Source: Elusimicrobiota bacterium (GTDB taxonomy: Bacteria; Elusimicrobiota; Elusimicrobia; UBA1565; JACRDR01). Taken from it: 64,000 nt of DNA. The notes under the pieces were generated by a model. The model saw only the letters and a program-made list of their open reading frames with translations, was not told the DNA's origin and made no database searches. A program made the position numbers and the translations under genes. The stretch covers positions 64,001 through 128,000 of the forward strand of contig JBGFSC010000047.1 of NCBI GenBank assembly GCA_041694815.1. The letters run 5' to 3'. Below are positions 44,619 through 53,962 of the stretch, piece by piece; position 1 is the first letter of the stretch; the number at the start of each line of letters is the position of its first letter.

Positions 44619-46703
44619 CTAATCGGCTAGGATTCGAGTCGTGACGAAAATGAGGAGTTCCACCCGGCTGCGGATGACGGTCTTCTTCTTGAACAGCCAG
44701 CCGATGATCGGTATATCGCCCAGCAGCGGCACCTTCGCTTCCGTATTGCTGATGCTGTCGGTGATGAGCCCGCCGATGACGATGGTCTCGCCGTCCTTGA
44801 CCATGATGTTGGTCTGCGCCTCGCGCGTGTCCACCGCGATGGCGCCGGTGGCGCTTTGGGACGCGGCGGTGGCCGACGGCTGCGAGACCCTCGGATTGAT
44901 GTTCAAGGTGACGCGACCATCGGCGTTGATGGTGGGCTTGACCTGCAACTGGATGCCGGTCGTCACGTAGGCGACCGACTGGGTCGCCACGCCGGTGGCC
45001 GCCACGTTGCTTGTCACGTACGGGGTCTGCGTCGTGATATTGATCGTAGCCTGCTGACCGTTAAGAGTCGCGACTTTCGGGTCCGAAAGCACCTTGACCT
45101 TGCCTGCGGAAGCGGCGGCGGTCAAGGTCGCGGAGAGCATGTAATTGTTAGTAATTCTGCCGAAGGTAAAAGCCCCGAATACCTTGTCGGCTGGAAGGAT
45201 GACTCCCGTACCCCTGCCGCCGGCTCCGACCGGCTGGGCCGGCAAATTCACGGTTTGGCGGTCAAACGGCTGGGAGGGGGGTGCTGCGACAAGAGCCGGC
45301 ACCGCTCCAACGGTATTGACTCCGGTCTGGCCGAACTGGCGCGCGCGGTCTATGTTCAGGTAATCCCATTGAATGCCCAGCGCCAAGTCCTTGCTGAGCT
45401 TGACCTCGACGAGCTTGGCTTCGATGAGCACCTGCCGAGGCCGGGTATCGACCTCGGCGAGGAAACGCTCGACCGCGGCAAGGCCCTCCGGGGATTCGGT
45501 GACGATCAAGGTATTATTCTTCTCGTCCACCGTGGTGGTCCCCGTGCGACCTTCCGCCGTCCGTATGGCGTCGAGCTGCGTCTTGAGGTCGGTCGCCGCC
45601 CGGTAATTGATTCGGAACACCCGGGTCATGCCGATGGTGCTGCTGCGCTGGCTCTTGATGGCGTCCAAGGTCGATATCCATAATATATTCTCGCCGACCT
45701 GAGAGGCCACGAGCTTATTTAGGGAAAGCAATATATTGAAAGCCTCGGCGAAGGGAACCTTTTCAAGATGCAGGTTCACCGGTCCCGAGACCTGGGGGCC
45801 GTAGACCATATTGATGTTGGCCTTGGCCGCCATCATCTTGAGCGCGTCGCGGATGTCGGTGTTCTCCAAATCCAGGCTGATCGGCTCGCGCGATAAAGTC
45901 GCCATGATATTTCGGCCCAGGGTTCTCGAAACAAGTTCGGGCTTGGCCTGCGGCGCTGGCTCGCGACGCGTTTCCTGAACCATCTCGTTAAGTTCCGCAT
46001 CCGCGGAAAGGTTCTCATCCGCGATGCCCGGTTTTGGTTGAAGCGCGGCCGCAGCGGCCGGCGAGGGAACCTGAGCCGCAGCGGGCGCCGAAGCCTGGGG
46101 CGGCGCCGCCGCCTTCGGCTGAGCAGCCGCTTCATTCAGGAAAGCCTTCTCCTCCGGGGTCAATTCCGCCGCGGCCTGAAACGGGCCCTTGGGAGCGGCG
46201 GCCGCGGCAGGCGCGGAAGCCGGCGCCGCGTTTGGCTGCACGCCCGGTAGGGCCGGCAGGGAAGCGTTCGAGTCACTCTGTGAGGCGACCGCCGCCTCTA
46301 CGCGGATAAGCAGCCCGTCCTTGGCCGGCTCGACGCGATATGGCGCGGCCTCCTTTAAGTCAAGCACGATGCGCGCGATCGGGTTCGGCTCCCCTGCGAA
46401 CTGCCCCGAACGGACCTTCTTTAAGTAGCGGCCCTTGCCCACCAGCACCTTCTCGCTGTCGTCGAGGTTGAACTCCGTGTTGAGCATCTCCAACACGAGA
46501 CGCGGAGGGTTCGCGGTGACGAAGGTATTGTACTTCGGGGTTCTACTCAAGGACAGGCGTACTTGGTCGGCGCCCACCTGGATGGCTTCTAAGGACGCTC
46601 GCTCCGGCCCCGCGTCCGCCGCCAGAAGCGCACCCGGCTCGGCGGCTAGGGCCAGGGAGAGCGCCAGAGCCATCGCCTGCCTCCAGAATATCCCTTTCGT
46701 CAT
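44619..46703 (-). CDS. pilQ: Type IV pilus secretin with N-terminal AMIN domain
   Basis: AMIN-like NPPRLVL..., Ala/Pro-rich linker, ISLDL...DIR, QVLIEAKLVEV, GETIVIGGL, KVPLLGDIP.IG.LFK. SD GGAGG precedes ATG 46703. Confidence 0.92.
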   Translation of the reverse strand: MTKGIFWRQAMALALSLALAAEPGALLAADAGPERASLEAIQVGADQVRLSLSRTPKYNTFVTANPPRLVLEMLNTEFNLDDSEKVLVGKGRYLKKVRSGQFAGEPNPIARIVLDLKEAAPYRVEPAKDGLLIRVEAAVASQSDSNASLPALPGVQPNAAPASAPAAAAAPKGPFQAAAELTPEEKAFLNEAAAQPKAAAPPQASAPAAAQVPSPAAAAALQPKPGIADENLSADAELNEMVQETRREPAPQAKPELVSRTLGRNIMATLSREPISLDLENTDIRDALKMMAAKANINMVYGPQVSGPVNLHLEKVPFAEAFNILLSLNKLVASQVGENILWISTLDAIKSQRSSTIGMTRVFRINYRAATDLKTQLDAIRTAEGRTGTTTVDEKNNTLIVTESPEGLAAVERFLAEVDTRPRQVLIEAKLVEVKLSKDLALGIQWDYLNIDRARQFGQTGVNTVGAVPALVAAPPSQPFDRQTVNLPAQPVGAGGRGTGVILPADKVFGAFTFGRITNNYMLSATLTAAASAGKVKVLSDPKVATLNGQQATINITTQTPYVTSNVAATGVATQSVAYVTTGIQLQVKPTINADGRVTLNINPRVSQPSATAASQSATGAIAVDTREAQTNIMVKDGETIVIGGLITDSISNTEAKVPLLGDIPIIGWLFKKKTVIRSRVELLIFVTTRILAD

Positions 46704-46719
46704 AATCCCTCCCAAATCG

Positions 46720-47193
46720 TCAAAGGTTCTCCGCCGCCTCGCTTTCGCCTAGGATCAATATCTGGACATCCTTATCGGTCGTGATCAGCTGCACCATTTT
46801 CTGCTTAGGCTTGATAACTCCGGTCACTCCAGGCACGGGCTTGTTCTTGGGATTAAATAGCCTTCCCTTCTTCAATACGAAGGTCAGGTTGTATTTGGGA
46901 TCGACCAGTACGGCGTAGGCTCCGGCGGAATCCTGCATGATTCCCTTGAGCACGAGGGAATGGATGCTGAAATCCTCGCGCGCCGTCGTGTCGGAGGCCG
47001 ACGCGTCGGGCTCGGGCGCCTGGGTGCCGGTCCCGTCCACCTTCGCGAAGGGATCGCGGGCCTTGCCGCCCTTATAGAGCTCGTCGATGGCCGTTGGCTC
47101 GGTGGCCTTCGCACTCGAAGCCGTCGGCGCCTGGGCCCGGCCGCCCGAGATCGGGAGCAGGAGCGCGGCGAGTAGAAGCAGGAGTCGTCTCAT
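46720..47193 (-). CDS. pilP: PilP-like pilus assembly protein
   Basis: Signal peptide, Y....RDPF, L.LKGI......A.L; located between pilO and pilQ. Confidence 0.7.
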   Translation of the reverse strand: MRRLLLLLAALLLPISGGRAQAPTASSAKATEPTAIDELYKGGKARDPFAKVDGTGTQAPEPDASASDTTAREDFSIHSLVLKGIMQDSAGAYAVLVDPKYNLTFVLKKGRLFNPKNKPVPGVTGVIKPKQKMVQLITTDKDVQILILGESEAAENL

Positions 47194-47744
47194 CCCTTAT
47201 ATTGATACGATACCAAGGTGAAGCTGACGCTCAACCTGCCCTCAGCCAGACCCCCATAGGTCACGTTGCGCACGTTGAAAATTCGCTCCTCCAAGGCCAG
47301 GGCAGCGAAAAAGCGACCAAGGTTATGGTAGCTTCCGGTCACCGAGAGCGTATAGGGCACTTCCATGAAGAACGGCTTGGCGCTCTGAGCGCCGGGCACG
47401 AAGCTCGTCATTTGGACGTTGTTCTTCCTCGAAAGGCTGCTGACGGTGTCGATGACCTCCGGCACGTCCTTCGTCTTGGGTAGCCTCTTCTCAGCGTCGG
47501 CCGCCTGCTGATTGAGCACGACCAGCTCCTGCTGTATCTGCGGCAGCCGGGCCGCCTGGGCCCGGGCCTTGGTGATCTTGGCCTCCGCGGCCTCGATGTC
47601 GGTCTTGGCCTTGGCGATGCGCGCCGAGATGGGTTTCCAAAAGTAACTGAAGTAGACGAAGCCCCCGCCGACCAAGGCGAGCGTGGCGCCGACGACGACC
47701 TGCATCTGCTTGGGCGTCAGCTGGACCTTGAATTTTCCCGCCAT
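47190..47744 (-). CDS. pilO: Type IV pilus assembly protein PilO
   Basis: N-terminal TM, coiled coil, LP...VP, GSYH.LG.FF..L...ERI. Confidence 0.88.
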   Translation of the reverse strand: MAGKFKVQLTPKQMQVVVGATLALVGGGFVYFSYFWKPISARIAKAKTDIEAAEAKITKARAQAARLPQIQQELVVLNQQAADAEKRLPKTKDVPEVIDTVSSLSRKNNVQMTSFVPGAQSAKPFFMEVPYTLSVTGSYHNLGRFFAALALEERIFNVRNVTYGGLAEGRLSVSFTLVSYQYKG

Positions 47745-48307
47745 CAGAGATCCGGGTGTCTGTAATTCATCGTCAAGGAAAAACTATGCTCCTTAATGTC
47801 GCCGCGGTCTACGATGGTGATGCCCCCGCTGAGCTTGGGCTCCTCGAAGCGCCCCGAGCGCTCGAGATTCCGCAGCCACTGGGAAACCCCGTCGCTGGAG
47901 TTCGCGGTGGCCGTGGTCGTGATGCCCAGCGAGTTGCTATCGCGCGTCACGGTACTCAACTGCGTGAGCCACACTCCCGCCGGCAGCGTGCCGACTAGAT
48001 CGGTCATGAAATACGGGTACAAGGGCCGGCCCTTGAGCAGACCGGTAATGACGTTCAAGCGGTTGCGCACGGCGCCGGCGGTGCGCTCCAACTCCTCCAC
48101 TTGCGCGACCACCTTGGCCAGTTTGTCGTATTCCCGCTGTAGGCCGACGAGATGCTTCTCCAGGCGGTTGGCCCGATAGATATGGGACAAGGACAGGCCC
48201 ACGAGCAGTACGCCGAACACGCTCGCCCCGACGGTAGCCTGCAGGACGCGCTGGCGGTAGATTTCCTTGTCGAGGATCTCGCGGGGGACTAGGTTGATCC
48301 GAATCAT
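47744..48307 (-). CDS. pilN: Type IV pilus assembly protein PilN
   Basis: MIRINLVP motif, TM, coiled coil, LP.GVWLT. ATG overlaps the pilM stop. Confidence 0.9.
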   Translation of the reverse strand: MIRINLVPREILDKEIYRQRVLQATVGASVFGVLLVGLSLSHIYRANRLEKHLVGLQREYDKLAKVVAQVEELERTAGAVRNRLNVITGLLKGRPLYPYFMTDLVGTLPAGVWLTQLSTVTRDSNSLGITTTATANSSDGVSQWLRNLERSGRFEEPKLSGGITIVDRGDIKEHSFSLTMNYRHPDL

Positions 48308-49461
48308 AGCCAGTCCTTGTTCTGGCGCAGGGCCAGCCCCGCGACGATACCCAAGACGGGCAATTGCTCGGCCGGGACGTCGCAGCCCTTGATGAAGGCG
48401 AGGGGATTCATCAGGTCGACCGGAACCTTGAGTTCGGCGGTCAAATGCCGCGCGAGATTCTTCATTCCCGCCGACCCACCCGCGAGCGCGATGCGCCCAA
48501 TGGAGCGCTCCGGGCCTTGGGAAAGGTAGAAGTCGACGGAACGGTGCACTTCGGCGACCAGGTCCCGCACGACGCCGGTAATGGCTTGCGAGACGCCGAG
48601 GGCTTCGCGATTTCCCTCCTGCAGCGCCTTCTCCTTCTCCTCGGGGTCGATGATGAGTCCGTGGGCCTTCTTGGCCTCCTCGGCCTTCGCGAAATCGTAT
48701 TGAAGGGCCTTCATGACCGCCTTGGTGAAGGCAGAACCCGAGATGAACACGTCGCGCACGACGCGCGTCACCCCCGCCTCTAGGATCGAGAGATTGGTCA
48801 CCATGTGCCCTATGTTGAGGTAGAGGGTCGCCCCAGGCTCGTCCCTGGCGGGGCGGATGCGTTCGTGCACGTTCTCGAGCGCGAAGGAGTCCACGTCGAT
48901 AATCGTGGGCTTGAGCCCCGCCGCCTCGAGGATGTCGACCCGCGCGCCGATCGCGTCCTTCTTGGCGGCCACGAGCACCGTCTCCATCTTCTTCTGCCCC
49001 TCCTCCATCATCTCGCCCAGGATGTGGAAGCTCAGCTGCACTTCCTTGATGTCGAAGGGGATGAAGGGTTCCGCCTCCGTCGCCAAGGTCGCCCAAAGCT
49101 CGTCCTTGTTGAGCCGGGGAAACTTGACGTAGCGGACAATCACCGAATTGCCCGAGATCGAGGTTGCCGCCTCCTTGACCTGTATCCCCTTCTGGATCAG
49201 GAAGGCGCGCAGCAGGTTGACGGACTGCTGGCGCTTCTGCTCGGGCGAGGCCTCGGGGTTCAAGTCCAAGGGTAGGATGCCCCAGGCCTTGAGCTGCGGG
49301 GCGCCGCCCTCGTTCTTGATCAGCGCGACTTTGATCGAATGGCTGCCGATGTCGACGCCCAGCACGTCCTTGGAGCCGACGAAAAGCGAGCCGAGGCCGC
49401 TCTTAAGCTTCTGCAGCCCCTTCGCCGCGTCCGCTAATTTCTCCGCCGTCGCGTTGGCCAT
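48304..49461 (-). CDS. pilM: Type IV pilus assembly ATPase-like protein PilM
   Basis: GVDIGSHSIK, EAE..IPF, VAAKK, IDVD.FAL, NIG...T, L.GG.A, GLALR. Confidence 0.92.
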   Translation of the reverse strand: MANATAEKLADAAKGLQKLKSGLGSLFVGSKDVLGVDIGSHSIKVALIKNEGGAPQLKAWGILPLDLNPEASPEQKRQQSVNLLRAFLIQKGIQVKEAATSISGNSVIVRYVKFPRLNKDELWATLATEAEPFIPFDIKEVQLSFHILGEMMEEGQKKMETVLVAAKKDAIGARVDILEAAGLKPTIIDVDSFALENVHERIRPARDEPGATLYLNIGHMVTNLSILEAGVTRVVRDVFISGSAFTKAVMKALQYDFAKAEEAKKAHGLIIDPEEKEKALQEGNREALGVSQAITGVVRDLVAEVHRSVDFYLSQGPERSIGRIALAGGSAGMKNLARHLTAELKVPVDLMNPLAFIKGCDVPAEQLPVLGIVAGLALRQNKDWL

Positions 49462-49501
49462 GTCCTATGTATCAACTCGCTGCGTCAATAGCGACCTCCT
49501 T

Positions 49502-49548
49502 AAAAAAAACGCCGCGCCCCCTGTCCTGCGGGGGCACTCGGCGTTTTT
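49502..49548 (-). terminator. Intrinsic terminator-like hairpin with T8, upstream of pilM
   Basis: On the - strand: AAAAACGCC-GA-GTGCCCCC-GCAGGACA-GGGGGCGC-GGCGTTTTTTTT. Confidence 0.75.
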
Positions 49549-49563
49549 CATCAACGTCACGGA

Positions 49564-49592
49564 TTTATAACAGGTACTCCTGCCTTTGTCAA
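49564..49592 (-). promoter_or_regulatory. Sigma70-type promoter upstream of the pilM leader
   Basis: TTGACA (49592..49587), 17-nt spacer, TATAAA (49569..49564) preceded by TGn. Confidence 0.65.
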
Positions 49593-49604
49593 GGCCGGAA
49601 GCAT

Positions 49605-52600
49605 TTATGGCTCGGCGGCGTGATTGCGCAGTTCCTGGAAATGCACCGGTTTGACGACGGTCGATCCCGGTGTCAGCGTCGGGTCGGTCCAACTGGGCGA
49701 AGGCAGCCCTACGGCCGTCACCGCGGGGCTTAGGTTATTGCGCAATTCAGTGATATGTCCCGTGCGCACGGTCGTGGTCCCCGCGATGATCGCCGGATCG
49801 GTCCAAGAAGGGACGGGCAATCCCCGGAAAGGACGCACCCCGTCAACGACGCTGCGCAGCTCGCTGGCGTGAACGGCCCGAATAACCGTCGTGCCAGTGC
49901 TCAAGACCGGGTCGGTCCAGGCCCAATTGCCCTTGACCAATATCCGCAGGTTGGTAGACCAATCGCTCCAGGAGCTGTTCTCGGAGGTCGCCACCCGCAG
50001 ATACAGCGTCGTGGTGTTGGCCGTCAGATCCATCGTTGGGGTGAAGGTTGACACGGCGCTGGGGCCCGAGGGCACCCCGGTCCAGCCCGCCCCGTTGAGG
50101 GAGTACTGAAAGGTCGTGCTGACGGCCGCCTCGTAGCCGGTGCTCGTTGAGACGCTGATCTTGGCATCCGCGCGGGTGGTACCATCGTCGGCGTTCGTAA
50201 ACCACATTTTCGGACGCCGGTTAAGGGTGAACCCCGCATTGTTGGCCGGGGAATTCCAATCGGGAGCCGAGGGCGGGGCCCAGCGGACCCGATCATTGAC
50301 GTCATTATCGGATGATTTTCCCGATTTGGCGCCGCCGTAGCGGCGCATATACCAGCTTAGGCCCGTGTCCGTGTCCGCCACTCGGACGCTGTAGAGATAA
50401 GTATTCGGCCGCGAGTTGCCAAAGACGAGCCCATAAAATGTCGCGCTGTTGGTCAAGGCCCGCGCGGTCAGGTAGGTGCCGGTCGAGGAGTTCGACTGCC
50501 CCGCGTTGTCGAAGGTCGAGGAGGCCAAGGAGATGAAACCGCCGCCCGAAAGCTGCAGTCCCGAGTCGTCGGCGTTCGTCACCGTGGCGTAGGATAGGGT
50601 AAAGGCGCCGGAATCGACGAAGGTGTAATACGTCGAGGAGTCGTCCAGCCGGTCCATAAGGGAAGGGATGCCCGGAACGCCGAGCAGCTTGAATCCCGCC
50701 GTCGCGTCGAGCGCTATCTTCGAGCGCCCGCCCCTAAAGCCGTTGGCGGAAGGGCCGAAGAGCATCTTCTTGCGGAAATTCGAGTCCTGCGAGGCCGCGC
50801 TTAGGACGAAGTCGACGAGGTCCCCGTCCTGCGGCGAGACCCCGGGGGTGAAACTGAGATTGAACTGCGGCGAACCCGAGGGAAAGGACGTATTCGTGAT
50901 GGAGCCGGAGAAGGTGCCGAGCGAGCCCGAGACGGCCCCCGAAACCCTCCATTGGGACGCCCACGCCTCGTAGCGCACGACGATCCGCTGCGAGACGGCA
51001 TTGGCGTCGTTCGTCGATAGGACGCTGCCGGAATGCCCGACACCGCGCATCAGCTTGGGGGCCGTGGCGGTTGAGGCATATAGCGGCGAGGCGTAGTCTA
51101 AGGTCAGCGTCGAGGCGGAGAGCGAATAGTCTCCCCAGAGCCGCAGGGTGCCGGTGTCGTAGTCCTGGTCGTATGAGAGGAGGGAGCGCCCAACGCCATT
51201 AAAGCCCGCGGTGCTGATCCCGACTGAAGCGTTGACCCGCGACTGCTTGAGCGTCATTGCATTGCTCGTAGCGGTCGGCTCGAAGTAGATCTCGGCGTTC
51301 TTGTTGGGTGCCAAGGCGCCGGAGGGGGAATAGCCTAGCCAGCAGCCGTCCAACACGCTGCCGGTCGGGTTGAAGGAATAGATCCCGGAGTCCTGATTGG
51401 CGTAGAAGCGCTCGGAAACCAGGACATTGTTGTTGGAGCTGCCTCCGAAAGCCAGGCCGAAACTGGAATTGGCATGACTTTGATTACCGGTCAGCAGATT
51501 GCCCGCCGACGCCGCCGCCAGCTGGATGCCGTAGAACGCGTTGGAGTAGACATCGTTGCCGCTGAGGGTGTTGTTCGCGGAATTATAGAGCTGCACGCCC
51601 AGGCTGGCGTTGCCGTAGACCTTGTTGGAGTCCAGCGTATTATTCGGAGAGAAGCCCGACAAGAGCACGCCGTAACTCGCATTGGAATACGACCGGTTCG
51701 ACTGGAACAAATTGCGAGAAGACGAGAGCAAATAGATCCCGTAGGAAGTATTCGAATAGGAATGGTTCGAGGCGAAACTGTTGTTGAAGGAACCGTCCAG
51801 GTAGATTCCGATGTCCGCGTTGCGGTAGAAGAGATTTCCCGTGAACGTATTCGTCGAAGCGCCCAGCGCGTAAAGGCCTCGGTAGCCCTCGCGGAGGGTG
51901 CAGGAGCTCAAGGAGGCCTGGACGCCGGCCCCGTCCAAGTCAACGCCGTACTTGCCGGCGGCGTTTGCGCCTAGGAAGGCCAACTCGGCGTAAGCCAAGG
52001 AGAAGCTAGTGGCGTTCTGGACCAGGTTGCGCAGATAGGAGCTGTTGCCCCCGGCTCCATCGACTACCGTTCCCGAGGAACGAATCAGCGCGTTGCGCGT
52101 GAGATTGGCCACGATCACGCCCGCCGTCGAGTAATGGGCATAGGAAAGCCCGGTCGTCCAGGAGAGCGTCTTAGGGTCGGTCCCCGACAGCGAGATGGTC
52201 CGGCGCTCGGTCTCGTCGGTACCGCTTAGGTTCGTCTTGCCGATCGTGATCTCGTCGCCGTCCTGCCAGCCCGTCACGTCGGAGGCAGCCATGCTCATGC
52301 TGGTGGCGTTCTGGCCCACGTCACCAATCGGTGTCGCGAAAGGCGTTTTCGTCGAGCCCCTGACGGTGAAGTTGCCCCCGCTCTTAACGATCAGCCCATA
52401 CTGGCCTGCCACTGCGCCGGAGGACAGGATCAGGCTCGCCGTGATCCCCGTGGGAATGGGAGAGGCGTCGCTGCCCATGTCGAGCGTGCCACCGGCATTG
52501 ACGGTCAAGTCCCCTCTCGAGAGAGTCAAGGAGCTATTGGACACGCGGCTGAAGCTCAGTGTACCGTTGACCGTGGTGCCGCTGGAAACGGCGGTCGTGG

Positions 52601-53855
52601 TGTCTAATGTCACGGTATGGCCGGAAAGTATGTTGACGGGCGTGCAGAACCTGGGAACCATGCCCGGGCTCCAAGTGGAAGCGACGGACCAGTTGCCGCT
52701 GCCCACGCTCGAGGTGCCGGTGCAACCCCTGGGAGTGGCGCTTGCCGAAACCATTACCCAGAGGTCGGCGATCGTGTACTGGGTCTGGGCGCCTGACGTC
52801 GTCGAGTTGCCCCCGGCCTCCATGGAGTTCAAGCCCGTCAGCGTCGCCGAACTATAAGGACCCTCCTGATAGCTGTTGCCCGAAGTCAGGGTCACGGCGG
52901 TATCCGTATTGACTCCCCCGATCCGCTGGCGCATCCAGTAGGTACCGGAGGGACCCGTCGTGCTTCCTTGATAGTAGCGGACGACGAAGGCGTAGATGGT
53001 GGCCCCCGAGGTCAAGATCTCCTCCCCGTGCCCGCTTTGCGTCGAGCTGAAGGAGGCGATGAGCTTGGTCTGGGCGTTGTTGCTGCCGGTCGCCGAGGTC
53101 GCCTGGTTGGCCGTGCTTGCCGGGGTATCCGCCCAGTATGGATCCGAGCCGGTCTTGTTCCAGGCGTTGTAGGTCGGAGCGCCGGTCGTGGCCTGGCGGG
53201 CGATGATGATCCCCTCCTCCGGATAGGCGCCGCCATCTTCGATGATATCGTCCCAAAAGATATCTTGGGAAGCGCTACGTGGGCCGTAACCCACTCCCGT
53301 GATATTAGAGGTGCCGGTGTTAATATTGCTCGAGCTCACCGCTACCGAACCGTCGATGCGCAGCTCGATGATCCCCGCCGTCGCGGAGACGACGGTCTTT
53401 AAGTCGATGCGGTACCACGTTCCGGCCGATAGGGCGACCGTGGAGGTGCCCAGCGTCACGCCGCTGGATCCCCCGTTCTTGATCGTCAATTTGCCGTCCG
53501 TGTTGAGCATCAGTGTGGAGACGGCGTTACTCCCTGCGAAGGCCTGCATGATGGGGTTATTGGCGCTGGGCAGGGCGGCGAAGTTGATATAGGCGCGCGC
53601 GTACACGCTGCTTTGCGCGGTGTAGTTCGGCAAGGCCAGGAAGGAGACGTTGCTGCCGTTGGTCTTCAAGGAATAGGCCCCCGAGCGCACCGTCGCCTGG
53701 GAGACGGCCGGAGTGCCGGTGTTCGTCTTGGCTTCGGAGACGCTACCAGTCTCGGCGCCAAACACCCACAGGCGCGGGGCGGCCCGCGCCGGAAGCGCGC
53801 AGAATGATATGCCCAACAGACAAACAGCCCTCCGACGGAGACACGCCCTTCCCAT
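49605..53855 (-). CDS. Large secreted/surface protein: LamG-like, G8-like, parallel beta-helix repeats and three C-terminal 38-aa repeats
   Basis: Signal peptide ...LPARA; W.RI.L...LRIDG (LamG-like); SGNWS...TW...VP...V.I..GHTVTLD (G8-like); repeated N..YSN..YGI.L (beta-helix). Confidence 0.75.
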   Translation of the reverse strand: MGRACLRRRAVCLLGISFCALPARAAPRLWVFGAETGSVSEAKTNTGTPAVSQATVRSGAYSLKTNGSNVSFLALPNYTAQSSVYARAYINFAALPSANNPIMQAFAGSNAVSTLMLNTDGKLTIKNGGSSGVTLGTSTVALSAGTWYRIDLKTVVSATAGIIELRIDGSVAVSSSNINTGTSNITGVGYGPRSASQDIFWDDIIEDGGAYPEEGIIIARQATTGAPTYNAWNKTGSDPYWADTPASTANQATSATGSNNAQTKLIASFSSTQSGHGEEILTSGATIYAFVVRYYQGSTTGPSGTYWMRQRIGGVNTDTAVTLTSGNSYQEGPYSSATLTGLNSMEAGGNSTTSGAQTQYTIADLWVMVSASATPRGCTGTSSVGSGNWSVASTWSPGMVPRFCTPVNILSGHTVTLDTTTAVSSGTTVNGTLSFSRVSNSSLTLSRGDLTVNAGGTLDMGSDASPIPTGITASLILSSGAVAGQYGLIVKSGGNFTVRGSTKTPFATPIGDVGQNATSMSMAASDVTGWQDGDEITIGKTNLSGTDETERRTISLSGTDPKTLSWTTGLSYAHYSTAGVIVANLTRNALIRSSGTVVDGAGGNSSYLRNLVQNATSFSLAYAELAFLGANAAGKYGVDLDGAGVQASLSSCTLREGYRGLYALGASTNTFTGNLFYRNADIGIYLDGSFNNSFASNHSYSNTSYGIYLLSSSRNLFQSNRSYSNASYGVLLSGFSPNNTLDSNKVYGNASLGVQLYNSANNTLSGNDVYSNAFYGIQLAAASAGNLLTGNQSHANSSFGLAFGGSSNNNVLVSERFYANQDSGIYSFNPTGSVLDGCWLGYSPSGALAPNKNAEIYFEPTATSNAMTLKQSRVNASVGISTAGFNGVGRSLLSYDQDYDTGTLRLWGDYSLSASTLTLDYASPLYASTATAPKLMRGVGHSGSVLSTNDANAVSQRIVVRYEAWASQWRVSGAVSGSLGTFSGSITNTSFPSGSPQFNLSFTPGVSPQDGDLVDFVLSAASQDSNFRKKMLFGPSANGFRGGRSKIALDATAGFKLLGVPGIPSLMDRLDDSSTYYTFVDSGAFTLSYATVTNADDSGLQLSGGGFISLASSTFDNAGQSNSSTGTYLTARALTNSATFYGLVFGNSRPNTYLYSVRVADTDTGLSWYMRRYGGAKSGKSSDNDVNDRVRWAPPSAPDWNSPANNAGFTLNRRPKMWFTNADDGTTRADAKISVSTSTGYEAAVSTTFQYSLNGAGWTGVPSGPSAVSTFTPTMDLTANTTTLYLRVATSENSSWSDWSTNLRILVKGNWAWTDPVLSTGTTVIRAVHASELRSVVDGVRPFRGLPVPSWTDPAIIAGTTTVRTGHITELRNNLSPAVTAVGLPSPSWTDPTLTPGSTVVKPVHFQELRNHAAEP
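49608..49919 (-). repeat. Three 114-nt (38-aa) coding repeats WTDP.....T.+...H..ELR
   Basis: Trp codons begin at 49919, 49805 and 49691, an exact 114-nt period. Confidence 0.85.
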
Positions 53856-53962
53856 GACTCTGAGTTGTCGCAGATAAACGACCCGGCGTCAAGGTTCGAA
53901 TCTCCGCAGGACCGACGACACCCCGTCTTCGTTATTCCATGGTAATTTAGTAAAATGCGCGA

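Noticed and set aside
49465..49692. 75-aa ORF upstream of pilM
   Set aside because: It overlaps the end of the large gene and crosses the promoter and hairpin. Only its last 7 codons, preceded by an SD, are considered plausible (see findings).
53890..53906. GGTTCGAATC resembling a tRNA T-loop or att site
   Set aside because: The flanks do not form a T-stem, there is no cloverleaf, and no integrase is nearby.
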